Shown here piece by piece: positions 51,901-60,688 of a stretch of DNA of 64,000 bases (the first letter of the stretch is position 1; every line of letters begins with the position of its first letter). The notes beneath the pieces were generated by a model. It saw only the letters and a program-made list of their open reading frames with translations. It had not been told where the DNA came from and did not search any database. Origin of the DNA: Candidatus Lokiarchaeum ossiferum (lineage in GTDB: Archaea; Asgardarchaeota; Lokiarchaeia; Sigyniarchaeales; Promethearchaeaceae). The DNA lies in NCBI GenBank assembly GCA_025839675.1, contig CP104013.1, forward strand, positions 3,105,121 to 3,169,120, given 5' to 3'. The position numbers and the translations under genes were made by a program.

Positions 51901-53325
51901 CGCAGGAAAAGACACAGCTACAGTTGGACTAGTTATTGAATTAACATGATCTTCTTGGGAAAGATAGAGAGAAGTCGGATGATCTCCAATATTCGTAATA
52001 GTAGCAACTTCCGTCCCAGATTGAATATTAAAATCATTCCATTCAATACTATTTTCAACAAAGAAGCTATCAATCGTATAATGATTATTATAAGCTATAT
52101 ACCCTTCAGAAGACACACCCAGAGCATCAAAGCCAAAATTGGTATCACCAAGATCACTGTGGATATACATATTGATGGAATTAATGAAGGAGTAATCTAG
52201 GACTGAAACATCAACAAGTGATTTTTCCCCATCAACCCATAAATCCACTTCATTATTCGTAAAATCAAATTCAACATGCACATGATACCACGTTGAATAA
52301 TCAAAATTGAAGTAGTTACTCCAGCTTCCAGAACTATCGCGAATTCCAAAGTGATTAGCCCATATAGGAAAGTAGAAGGGTTGTCCTGTATCTTGTTTAA
52401 ATGTAATATATGCGTACCCATCGGAACCAACTGAAGGCGAAAACCACCAAAAGTCAAGATAATCTTGATCGTCATTCAATGTATTGAAATTAATGGATGC
52501 TGATGGATTAGTGGTTACTGGATCTTCTTGAGATAAATAGAGTGCATTATAGCGGCCATCAATATCAGTCAATACCGCTAATTCTGAACCTTGAGATATA
52601 CTCCAGCGGTTCCAATCGATGCACTCACTTTGATCATATCCTATCCCACTACCATCCATAGGATTTAGAGGATTTAAATTATTGATATATTCCCATCCAT
52701 CAGGCATTCCATCTTGATCTGTATCCATATTGTTGGGATCTGTTCCCAAAGTATTCGTTTCGAGCCAATCATTTAACCCATCATTATCAGTATCATCAAC
52801 AAGATAAACGTAAATCGACTCAATTCTTTTTCCTGTTAAGTAAAAGCATTCTTCCCCATCAGCATATTCGGGAGAATCACCTAAGGATTGAATGTGTCCA
52901 CGATATCGGATTTGATATTTATACTCAGGACAGTTTACTAGTCGAATTGCAAATTTTTCAATCTGTAGTGCCTGTCCTCTTGTTCCAGCATAATTTCCAT
53001 CACTTATCCACTGTGTCCACCCATTTCCTTGAATATATACTTTGTATTCAATGTCACAATCAAATGTATTGTCTACAATACTTAATTGAATCCCTTCTAA
53101 TCTTTTTGCAATACCTTTATGACCAACCCATTGGTGGTCAGTTCCAACAATATCCCCATAGGATTGTTGATGAACCAAAACGGATAAAATTTGGCTACTA
53201 ACGTTTGGTACGTTCAACTCCCTTTGAGATTCTTCTTGATCCTCTGTAAATCCAAATTCTCCAGAATTGGATAGAGTTAGGCTAAGAAGAAGTAAAAATG
53301 CAATATATTTTTGTTGATTTTTCAT
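48967..53325 (-). CDS. Giant secreted or surface protein (1452 aa): signal peptide, thrombospondin type-3-like Ca-binding repeats, three tandem ~190-aa lectin/ConA-like repeats, C-terminal beta-rich domain
   Basis: N-terminus MKNQQKYIAFLLLLSLTLS is signal-like. Repeats DFWW(F/Y)SPS...GYAY...PFYFPIW.NHFGIR...WYH.H.EFDF.NNEVD occur three times (about nt 50913 to 52617). Asp-rich DxDxDG motifs are present (DTDNDGLNDWLE, DSDNDGISDGDE, DSDGDTYNDGYE, DTDSDGFTDDDE). Confidence 0.8.
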   Translation of the reverse strand: MKNQQKYIAFLLLLSLTLSNSGEFGFTEDQEESQRELNVPNVSSQILSVLVHQQSYGDIVGTDHQWVGHKGIAKRLEGIQLSIVDNTFDCDIEYKVYIQGNGWTQWISDGNYAGTRGQALQIEKFAIRLVNCPEYKYQIRYRGHIQSLGDSPEYADGEECFYLTGKRIESIYVYLVDDTDNDGLNDWLETNTLGTDPNNMDTDQDGMPDGWEYINNLNPLNPMDGSGIGYDQSECIDWNRWSISQGSELAVLTDIDGRYNALYLSQEDPVTTNPSASINFNTLNDDQDYLDFWWFSPSVGSDGYAYITFKQDTGQPFYFPIWANHFGIRDSSGSWSNYFNFDYSTWYHVHVEFDFTNNEVDLWVDGEKSLVDVSVLDYSFINSINMYIHSDLGDTNFGFDALGVSSEGYIAYNNHYTIDSFFVENSIEWNDFNIQSGTEVATITNIGDHPTSLYLSQEDHVNSITSPTVAVSFPAVNQDNDYIDFWWYSPSSDTIGYAYICLQDGSSRPFYFPIWSNHFGIRKDTSAWEYFNFEWSTWYHMHVEFDFTNNEVDLWANGIKTLSDIPVLPYSEIDNIFMYTQGTEQKMNFGFDSLGVSSQGYEAFSNHPDIESFKIIGTTNWQEWTYNPGTATATIKNIENHPNALYLAQGNTPTTSPTASVSFNTMSQDGDSIDFWWYSPSPSSNGYAYLTFHGSGQPFYMPIWGGHLGIRRDTGTWIPILDYQLNQWYQVHIELDFSNNQVDAWIDGQKVGSDIPVLSYSYINSLGMYTHSGYDAMNFGIDGLGVSSEGYRSYFHLPNVDRDTDNDDLSNYEEYSYNWFNIWDGNYEAHYSRLDDLSPSDSDSDNDGISDGDEVLVYNTNPLNALADKDEDGLTDSEEVTGYDLIYSDPNSRPKFYKTYYSNPSEIDSDFDGLTDKQELDFVRDDLSSEATGIYEYEGYVNLNPTNPDSDGDTYNDGYEHYELTTNPGLEDTDSDGFTDDDEIKLYFSNPKDAGYPVTDNYENAGIGTNPSGYTISEGTDCSVNVIISPITDYYGRVIEFVDSSTGGILNNKKVKISKDIEMDNYGKYLFTFEIGYTGIPDFTIIFKDNDIVSYEDYIRLSLHQTYGDFPENVLSVTNDVYGNSYIGPDDIYCLPESNRMYKIDLLMDMDNNQWQAWVDGVKIADEPRASTEMWDVTELEIYTSNTNDASFQVYMDNIKLGKAVENSVDLISSEKIVIPEYRIYIPTSPNGINLDWDITPGLTSFSTKKIELKAGVSIGSKDTGGAGIDVELGELEKVSFTVKNPILNIEEDVIVGIEYWGNVKGIGYKYEDANSVHAYQRIILEQDPSKEILRFRKFLGEFNTDYPGITFDPRSQYYSQREQIGITEELLPNNPWEIEMVNDHEYNRNYGAWTTIPVGPITLKFESQLKFEEGESFSLKFETFIPSDTDLFAKTFTIDYHGTKAFWIEIV

Positions 53326-53794
53326 TTTATAACTTCCAGATCAAATTATTCTGACTTAAGACAAATTTTCCTCTAAACTAAAAATCACTAATTGTGTAAA
53401 ACCCCTACCATATGAAAAAGTCGCACAAATTTTTCGGATCATGAGCTAAAATTACTCTCGAAAAAAGACTTTTTGATTTTTGGATCAAATTACTGATTTT
53501 TTTACTATCTGTCCAAATCTGAACATTACTAATATAGTTAAAGAGGTATTTAAACTGCACGTTGTTAGTAAAACGCTATGATTTTTATTGAATAAATATT
53601 TAAAATAAACTTATTCCTATAATTCATTAATTACTTCAATTTTTTACCTTTTCAACAAATTTAAACTATTTATGTTACAAGTCATAATTCCACATTCAAT
53701 TCCCTGTACTTGTAAAATAATTTAGTGTTCAAGCTTCCAATTCTAACTCAAACATTAAATTATGCTCGGATGATAGGACTTAACTTGAAAAAAA

Positions 53795-56014
53795 TTACTT
53801 TAACTTCAGTTTAATATTGTCAATTAATTTTTCTTTGATAAATCCCTCTTCTCGAATTAATCGAAAATATTGCCCTTCCTCAAATTTAAACCCAAATTGA
53901 TCCCCACACTCCATGAAAACTTTGTGGCGCAATACCTTCCCAGGAAAATGTTTCCACTCTTCACCACTGGCAACTATTTCCTGTATTCGGTCTGAATATT
54001 TTGCAAACTGTTTGAGATAATACGGTTTATCTACAGATATATGACATTTTTCGCTGGTTAGTATATTCACAGTATTAAGAAAATTATCCAGCAATTCATT
54101 TTCCGATGTTGTACCACCCTTGATTCCCTCGATTATCGGTTTTATTAACTCTTTTTTTTCATCCTCCGAAAATACCTTTGGAAACTCCTCGAAAAAGAAT
54201 TTCAACTTCTTTGTCATCTTCATTGTCTCATCGATAGAAGTTTTGATTAGATTAGACACCTTTTCAAGGGTAATCTCTTCCTCTGAATCTGGATTGGATC
54301 TTTCAATAAGTTCTTTGAGTAGCTCAGGATTGAGGTATAAATTTTCGATTTCCCGCACTGGGAGTAGTACAATTTTATCTCGGATTTCTTTTGCCTTCTT
54401 ATTGCGAATTTCCTTATTACCTTCATCATTATCCAAAATAATGAGAAATTTGAAGTTTTTATTGGTAAAATTCTCTATCAACTGTGCATTTGCCCAATAA
54501 TGTAAATCTCGTTTGCCTCCTAACGGTTGTAGTATGATTCTTTGCTCTTCTAAAATTTCCGGAATTGCTTGTTTGAAAAACTCTACATCATCCTTTCCTT
54601 CCACCAATATCATCCCATTATTCATGAGATAATCTGAAGGTTTGATGCCTAAATCTTCAAAAACTTGTGGTATATTTTCTGCTTTTTCATTATATACATG
54701 AGTTATTTTATCACTTCGTTTTACCCTATGAATGCTCCATCCCTTTTTCATACTATCCAAGAAATATGGTGAATGAGTAGTAATTAAAACTTGAAATCGG
54801 CTCAAATTTTCCTCGATTATTGATAGGAGTATTTTTTGCAAATCAGGATGTATAAAAAGTTCCGGTTCTTCAATTAACAGCAATCCATTTTCTTTTGTTT
54901 CTAATATTGCAACTAAAATTGTTACCAATTGCTGAATCCCCTTCCCCAATTTGTCAAAAGTAAGTTTGTACTCTAAATCTTCTTCTAATACATAAGGAAT
55001 TGTCAAGGGATATTTCTCAATAGGAATGTTTGTTTCTGGGTAATAATCAATATTATAAAGAGAATAATCTGGTTGATGTAAAAAATTTTGATTGATCTCT
55101 TTAATATTAGGATACAATTTGCTCAGATAGTGGTTGAGTTTTTCTAATTTTTCTTTCTCATTTGTGTTATAGCTAAGAATTTTTAGTGGGACATTTTCTC
55201 CATCATATTCAAAATGAAAAGGCTTTGTAGAAGCCTCCACCTTATAGAATGGTAGGAATGAACGATCTTCAACTACCATATTCATCTTGGAATAGAAATC
55301 TATAATCGGTGATAAGAAAAAGTGCAATAAAGGATTGCTATGAACTCGTTTATCAAAAATGGATCTATTATTCAGAAGTTGATTGCCAGGATTCGGAAAT
55401 CCAGTATTGAAAATCGAATTTGGAAAAAAATGCCATTCAAATGAATTACTATTAGCAATGAGTTTTTTCCTTGGTTTGCTAAGTTCCATGTTTCTAATAG
55501 AATATTCATGTCCTACTGAAGTCCTATCCACAAAATTATAGGAAATCAGTCCATTTTTGAAAGTAACTCTTCTAATAAAAATTTCATAACTTGACCCAGG
55601 AGCTACTTCAAATTCATATACAATATTTTCAAATGCCTCCTCTAATAATATCGATTCCTCAGGGTTGAATCGATTATCTTTGAAAAATTTAAATAATTTT
55701 GGGTTTTTCAAGTAGTCTTTTGAATGTTCCCTAAATAGCCTTGATGCTTGATCACGAAAATATTCCAAAATCTTTGATCTATCAAATTTGAATTCTAAAT
55801 TTATCTTTACCGGATGCTTCTGGGAATTGAACTTAATCAATTTTTTATCTAAAAGCTTCCCCGACCTTATACTCTTTAAAATTTTAAATAAATTGCTTTT
55901 CCCTGAATTATTAGGTCCAATTATAACGCCTAAATCCCCAATATTCTCGAATACTTGGTGATCGAAACTTAGCAGATTGAATATTTCTATTCGATGCAAC
56001 CGCGAAATTGTCAT
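53795..56014 (-). CDS. OLD-family nuclease: N-terminal ABC-type ATPase plus C-terminal TOPRIM domain (class 1 OLD / Gabija GajA-like)
   Basis: Walker A GPNNSGKS, Walker B LLLIEEPELFIHP, H-loop ITTHSPYF. TOPRIM MILVEGKDDVEFF and ILDNDEGNKE (DxD). Confidence 0.8.
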   Translation of the reverse strand: MTISRLHRIEIFNLLSFDHQVFENIGDLGVIIGPNNSGKSNLFKILKSIRSGKLLDKKLIKFNSQKHPVKINLEFKFDRSKILEYFRDQASRLFREHSKDYLKNPKLFKFFKDNRFNPEESILLEEAFENIVYEFEVAPGSSYEIFIRRVTFKNGLISYNFVDRTSVGHEYSIRNMELSKPRKKLIANSNSFEWHFFPNSIFNTGFPNPGNQLLNNRSIFDKRVHSNPLLHFFLSPIIDFYSKMNMVVEDRSFLPFYKVEASTKPFHFEYDGENVPLKILSYNTNEKEKLEKLNHYLSKLYPNIKEINQNFLHQPDYSLYNIDYYPETNIPIEKYPLTIPYVLEEDLEYKLTFDKLGKGIQQLVTILVAILETKENGLLLIEEPELFIHPDLQKILLSIIEENLSRFQVLITTHSPYFLDSMKKGWSIHRVKRSDKITHVYNEKAENIPQVFEDLGIKPSDYLMNNGMILVEGKDDVEFFKQAIPEILEEQRIILQPLGGKRDLHYWANAQLIENFTNKNFKFLIILDNDEGNKEIRNKKAKEIRDKIVLLPVREIENLYLNPELLKELIERSNPDSEEEITLEKVSNLIKTSIDETMKMTKKLKFFFEEFPKVFSEDEKKELIKPIIEGIKGGTTSENELLDNFLNTVNILTSEKCHISVDKPYYLKQFAKYSDRIQEIVASGEEWKHFPGKVLRHKVFMECGDQFGFKFEEGQYFRLIREEGFIKEKLIDNIKLKLK

Positions 56015-56114
56015 ATATTATTAGTTTTGGACAAAGGTGTAGTTAAATTTTTAGATTAAAACTCAATTTCCTTTAAACTTTGATAAGGAAAAAAAAAACA
56101 CGTATATAATTAAA

Positions 56115-56420
56115 TCAATATCCATATTTTTGCATGATATCAGTAATATCTCTTCCATAGTATTTCACGTAGGCCACAATTCGCCCATAGGTATCAATCG
56201 CCACTTGTTTAATGGTAACCAAAGATCCTACAGGTATTAAAGAGGATAATATTCTTTTTGCTTTGAAATAACCAGATTCTCCCTTTTCAGGTGTGTTAAT
56301 ATTAGCAATTCGAACATATTTATTACCCGTTATAATGAAAGTATCTCCATCTACAATCGCAGCTACTTTTTTTCGATATATATTTGATGTTGGGTATTTC
56401 TTCGAAATTGAAGATGTCAT
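56115..56420 (-). CDS. Staphylococcal-nuclease (SNase/thermonuclease)-like protein, short form
   Basis: VDGDTF...VRIANINTPE...YGRIVAYV follows the SNase OB-fold motifs. Overlaps the upstream gene by 4 nt (ATGA). Confidence 0.6.
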   Translation of the reverse strand: MTSSISKKYPTSNIYRKKVAAIVDGDTFIITGNKYVRIANINTPEKGESGYFKAKRILSSLIPVGSLVTIKQVAIDTYGRIVAYVKYYGRDITDIMQKYGY

Positions 56421-57049
56421 ATTTTATCACCTCCATCCAAACTCCTAAGATATGTTTTAAATTGATTTTCTGAAAGCGCAAAGCAGTTATTAGAATTGTG
56501 ATACTTGTTAATATCTAGCAACCGCTCGTCAGTATAAAAGGAACCACTGCAAATGGCATAAAACTGCCCAGATTCATTTGATTCCGAATTTTCAAACAAG
56601 CGAACAATATTTTGCATCCTACTTGATTGAGAACCTCCACTCCCATCTGAATGAAATCGAACAAAATAGGACCTCTTTCCTTTAATTTTACATGAAAGAT
56701 GAATTGAACTTGATTTTACATTCAATCGCTTTTTTGTGATCTTTCCGTCTGTAATGTAGAGTCTTGGAGTTCTCCAATGAGTGATCAAATTTGAAATAAA
56801 AGTCTGGTTGGTCAGATATTTCGTAAATTCCCTCAGATAAGTATTTCCTCGCTTCAAATTTAGGTCCTTACTTACGCATATTGCAGCGAATAATTTATCT
56901 TCAAGAAATTTCTGTTCTATATCCTTAATTGGAATTCCCGTACGGTCATGTAACCGGATAAGCTGTTTTACCTTATGGCCCTTCATAATTCTCTTCCGAA
57001 TTATGGAGATTTGCGTGGTGACGTCCTTTCTAATCTGAAATTGGTACAT
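56417..57049 (-). CDS. Hypothetical protein co-transcribed with the SNase-like and OLD nuclease genes
   Basis: 210-aa basic protein with no recognisable motif. Shows translational coupling (4-nt overlap) to the SNase-like gene. Confidence 0.4.
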   Translation of the reverse strand: MYQFQIRKDVTTQISIIRKRIMKGHKVKQLIRLHDRTGIPIKDIEQKFLEDKLFAAICVSKDLNLKRGNTYLREFTKYLTNQTFISNLITHWRTPRLYITDGKITKKRLNVKSSSIHLSCKIKGKRSYFVRFHSDGSGGSQSSRMQNIVRLFENSESNESGQFYAICSGSFYTDERLLDINKYHNSNNCFALSENQFKTYLRSLDGGDKI

Positions 57050-57288
57050 TAATTAATTACTTCCTTTACTGAGTGGTGGTTTGTGTGTGACAGAATCAAT
57101 CCTTCGAGTAAGCTATTTGATCAATCTACGTTGACTTACGCGCGCGATCGTTACCCGTTACAATAACGAAGGTCACACGCGTATTTAAATCAAGGTATTT
57201 ATAGAGAAGTACCCTTCCTCAACCGACAAAAATTCAAAAATTTCACTGTTGGATAGAAAAACACGCAAGAATTCCAATATTTCATAAT

Positions 57289-58161
57289 GTGAATATTTTT
57301 AATATTTCACTCGTACTGTTAATATTGTTAGTGAAAAAAAAAATGAATTCCTTAGATTTAGTTGAAGAACGAAATATTTTAGTCGTTCCAATCGGTTTAG
57401 AAAATGAGCGGGTTGTTAAAAGCTGCCAAATTTACCCTGTGAACGTCATTTATCTCTTGAAGAGTAACTTTGAATCTAATTCTGATCATAAGGAAAAAAA
57501 CTCATCCCAATGGGGAATAGAACAATACTCAAAAACAATTGCATCTGAAGTCATTAAGAAATTTGAAAATACTTTTTTTGAAATTCAACCAAAAAATTGC
57601 CATCTCGGCTCCCTCCCGAGCACAATTTCTATTTTAAATGACATCTATGAAATTGAACAGAAAAAGGGAAAATTGAACAAAATTTACATCAATATCTCCA
57701 CCGCATCCAAATTATTCGCAATTGGGGCCTATATTTTTGCCTCTCAATTCCCCGATATATGCAAACTTTTCTATTTGGCCACAAATAATTATCTTCTCTT
57801 GGAACACTTGAAATCGGAAAAAGGGGATTTAGAAAAATTAAAAACGGAATTTAGAAAATTTGGTCTAACAAAAGGACCTTTCAAAGTTGTGAACATCCCA
57901 ATTCTGAAATCGGACCCTTTTTCAACCGATGAAAAACGATTGATCAATTATTTAGCCCAATTTGACCACATCAATTCGATAAAAGAAATATTGGAAAATC
58001 TCAAAAAGGATACCAACGCTAAAGAAAGAATGAATCTTCGCAGATCCCTTGAAAAACTCGAGAAAAACAATTTGCTGATACTAAAAAAAAGTGGAAAATC
58101 GGTTCAGGTTCTTATATCTGATGAATTGAAACAGCTCGCTGGCTCCTTTATACTGGAGTAG
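57289..58161 (+). CDS. Putative CARF-like (Rossmann) N-terminal domain plus C-terminal winged-helix regulator (Csa3-like architecture)
   Basis: ILVVPIGLENERVV (beta1 plus Gly loop) and NISTASK (a CARF dvTgGtK-like motif). C-terminal INYLAQFDHINSIKEILENL...NNLLILKKSGKSVQV resembles a wHTH. Confidence 0.3.
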   Translation: MNIFNISLVLLILLVKKKMNSLDLVEERNILVVPIGLENERVVKSCQIYPVNVIYLLKSNFESNSDHKEKNSSQWGIEQYSKTIASEVIKKFENTFFEIQPKNCHLGSLPSTISILNDIYEIEQKKGKLNKIYINISTASKLFAIGAYIFASQFPDICKLFYLATNNYLLLEHLKSEKGDLEKLKTEFRKFGLTKGPFKVVNIPILKSDPFSTDEKRLINYLAQFDHINSIKEILENLKKDTNAKERMNLRRSLEKLEKNNLLILKKSGKSVQVLISDELKQLAGSFILE

Positions 58162-58200
58162 CTTATATTCCGCTGTAATTCTTATACGATTCATTCAATT

Positions 58201-59241
58201 TTAAAATAATATCGCAATCACAATCGCCAAAATGGACAGGACCAACTCAATGCGCCATTTCGAAGTTTCTTTCCTATATTTCCGTTTCTCCATTGCATTT
58301 TCAATTCCATCAATGAAATTCTTCAACTCTTCTACCACTTGATCTGGTTCTTGGTTCTGTTTCGAATTGAAATGATATATATACCATGTTTTAACCTTCC
58401 CAAAAATCGCTTTCCATTCGTGTAGCTTTTCCAGTGAAAATATTTCATCATGTAAATCAATCGATATTTCATTCAGCTCTTCCTTATCAAACCCGGTCCC
58501 ATAATATAACTCAATCCATTTTCCATTATTTTGCTTGATTGTTTCAACTATCTCTTCGGAAGGTATCTTTTGTGTAAAAATTTGTCGATATTCTTCAACA
58601 AGATCATTTTCTTTTTCATAAACCCTTAATAAGATAAGATTCTTCGCATTCTCCAAGTTATTAAAGCAAAAAGTGAAATAATTCCTAAAAACTGCACAGA
58701 TATTCACTAGTACGAATACTATAAGACTTATATAAACAAATAGTAGATAATGGTCTTGAGTTTTGATTACAGCATAGTATCCAAAGGCTATAGTGCCTAT
58801 ACTGATAAAAATACTGAAAAGCGTTGAAAAAAAGAGAATATTATGATTCTTATCCTTCCTTAAAAAACTGGTTGAATATTTCAAAATCTGTATTTCCCTT
58901 TCTATTGTTTGTTTTGTATCCTTCGTATTCTTCTTGTCGAAATAATCTAAAAAATCTGAGAGAAATTCATAATTTTTTTCAGTATCCTCGACATTATATG
59001 GTAGTTCTTTCTTTGAAATCCAATAAGAAATTAAAATCCTAAGAAAAATTATAATGACGAATGTCCAAATTATTAATCCTTGCTCGTTTTCATCGAAAGA
59101 TCCTAATATTAAGATCATGCAAAAAATAATTCCATTAATTATTCTGGTTCCTGGAATTTCTGACTTAAATGTGGAGACTTTTTCTTCATATTCCCCGAGA
59201 ATTTTCAAAATATCATTTTTATTTATCTTTTTTTGATTCAT
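58201..59241 (-). CDS. Multi-pass membrane protein (about 5 TM) with a cytoplasmic acidic domain; hypothetical
   Basis: Hydrophobic helices at about aa 33 to 53, 57 to 77, 131 to 151, 157 to 177 and 322 to 344. No catalytic motif recognised. Confidence 0.45.
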   Translation of the reverse strand: MNQKKINKNDILKILGEYEEKVSTFKSEIPGTRIINGIIFCMILILGSFDENEQGLIIWTFVIIIFLRILISYWISKKELPYNVEDTEKNYEFLSDFLDYFDKKNTKDTKQTIEREIQILKYSTSFLRKDKNHNILFFSTLFSIFISIGTIAFGYYAVIKTQDHYLLFVYISLIVFVLVNICAVFRNYFTFCFNNLENAKNLILLRVYEKENDLVEEYRQIFTQKIPSEEIVETIKQNNGKWIELYYGTGFDKEELNEISIDLHDEIFSLEKLHEWKAIFGKVKTWYIYHFNSKQNQEPDQVVEELKNFIDGIENAMEKRKYRKETSKWRIELVLSILAIVIAILF

Positions 59242-59737
59242 CTTATTAAATTAATTGGATTATTATGGATTTTAAGCCATTTATTAGGACTTTAATACAT
59301 TCCATCATTTCTCGATTTATATATGGATAATCAAATTTTTTGAAATCCATTAGAACCGAATGTGTGAGATTTTTTTTATTTTAAATGATTAAAATAGTTC
59401 TAATCAGTAATTTTAGAAAAAAGTCATGGAAACGACCAATTGACAATCAATCGCAAAGTAAATCAATCATGAATTTTAAGAAGAGGCTAAAAGCGCAAAT
59501 GGAAGACTAATAGACTTATAATTAAATGATAACCAATTTTTTTTTTTATTTTCGATTATTAAATGATTCTACTTATTTTTTTTAATCAAGATGGAAAGCA
59601 TGTGGGTGCACAATTTTTTAATCCAAATTTTTTTTTACAAATCTATAATTTTCATTAGTAAAATTGTGTCTATTAGTTTGATTTGAAACATAGGACTGAT
59701 TGATTTAAAATTTGATTCAAATACTTGGGTTTTTGAT

Positions 59738-60421
59738 ATGAAAAAAAAAATATTTGCATATTATCGGATTTCAACTGAGAAACAAAAAAAAAAGAATACT
59801 CAGGAAAATCAGAAAATTGCAATTTATAATTTTGTTGAAGGTTTAGACGTTGAAATTGTGAATGAATTTGAAGATTTGGGTATTTCAGGGGCAGATAATG
59901 ACCGCCCACAATTCAATCTAATGCTTTCTAAATTGAATGAAGTAGAAGGATTAGTAATCTATGATTTAGACCGATTAACGAGAGATTTTGAAATGGGAGT
60001 AAACTTAATGTTTATGTTGAAAAATTCAAAAAAATCTTTGTATATTGCTCGAACCAAAGATATCAAAGATTTTTCAGATGATTCCGAGCAATTAATGACC
60101 ATTATCAAATCATGGGTTTCTGCACTTGAACGAAAGAAAATTAAAGAAAGACAAAAAATAGGAATTCAACGATATAAAGAAACAAAAGGTCGTTGGGGTA
60201 GAAAGAAATCCTTTGGAAAATATAAAAATCCAGAACAATTTTGGAAAAACTATGATATCTATAGAGATTTGGGTATTTCCAAGACATCCTGTGCAAAATT
60301 ATTAGGTGTCTCTCGTTCAACGATGAATAGACGGATAGAAGAACGTGAAATAAATAAGTCGAAAATCAAAACTACCCCAATTAATAACAAAATCAAAGAA
60401 TGGAGCGAACCAAAACTTTAA
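59738..60421 (+). CDS. Small serine recombinase (resolvase/invertase type): catalytic domain plus C-terminal HTH
   Basis: IFAYYRISTEKQ (catalytic Ser motif), DRLTRD, C-terminal HTH ISKTSCAKLLGVSRSTMNRRIE. Confidence 0.8.
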   Translation: MKKKIFAYYRISTEKQKKKNTQENQKIAIYNFVEGLDVEIVNEFEDLGISGADNDRPQFNLMLSKLNEVEGLVIYDLDRLTRDFEMGVNLMFMLKNSKKSLYIARTKDIKDFSDDSEQLMTIIKSWVSALERKKIKERQKIGIQRYKETKGRWGRKKSFGKYKNPEQFWKNYDIYRDLGISKTSCAKLLGVSRSTMNRRIEEREINKSKIKTTPINNKIKEWSEPKL

Positions 60422-60688
60422 AGGAAGTTTTTTTTATAAATTACTCTAATAATCGCTATATCGAAGAATCGAAGAAAAATTGAAATGTTAACGGTAAATT
60501 GAGCTTCCAGAGTGGCTTTTTCTAATTTCTGTCGGCTAATTTTTAAAGTAAAAGGATGAATAACACCTAAGCCCACCGGCCAAGGTGTTATAGAAGAAAG
60601 CCCACCGGCCATCTCCATGTTATTAATCTTCAAGAAAGTATTTAAAGATCACCATACATGTTTTTTATAGGTTTATTTAAAATCAAAA

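Noticed and set aside
52197-52475. 92-aa same-strand alternative-frame ORF and several plus-strand ORFs (49382-49654, 49773-49973, 50628-50831, 51744-52200, 52947-53201) inside the giant secreted protein gene
   Set aside because: All are nested in or antisense to a 4.3-kb continuous ORF with clear internal repeat structure. They are frame artefacts.
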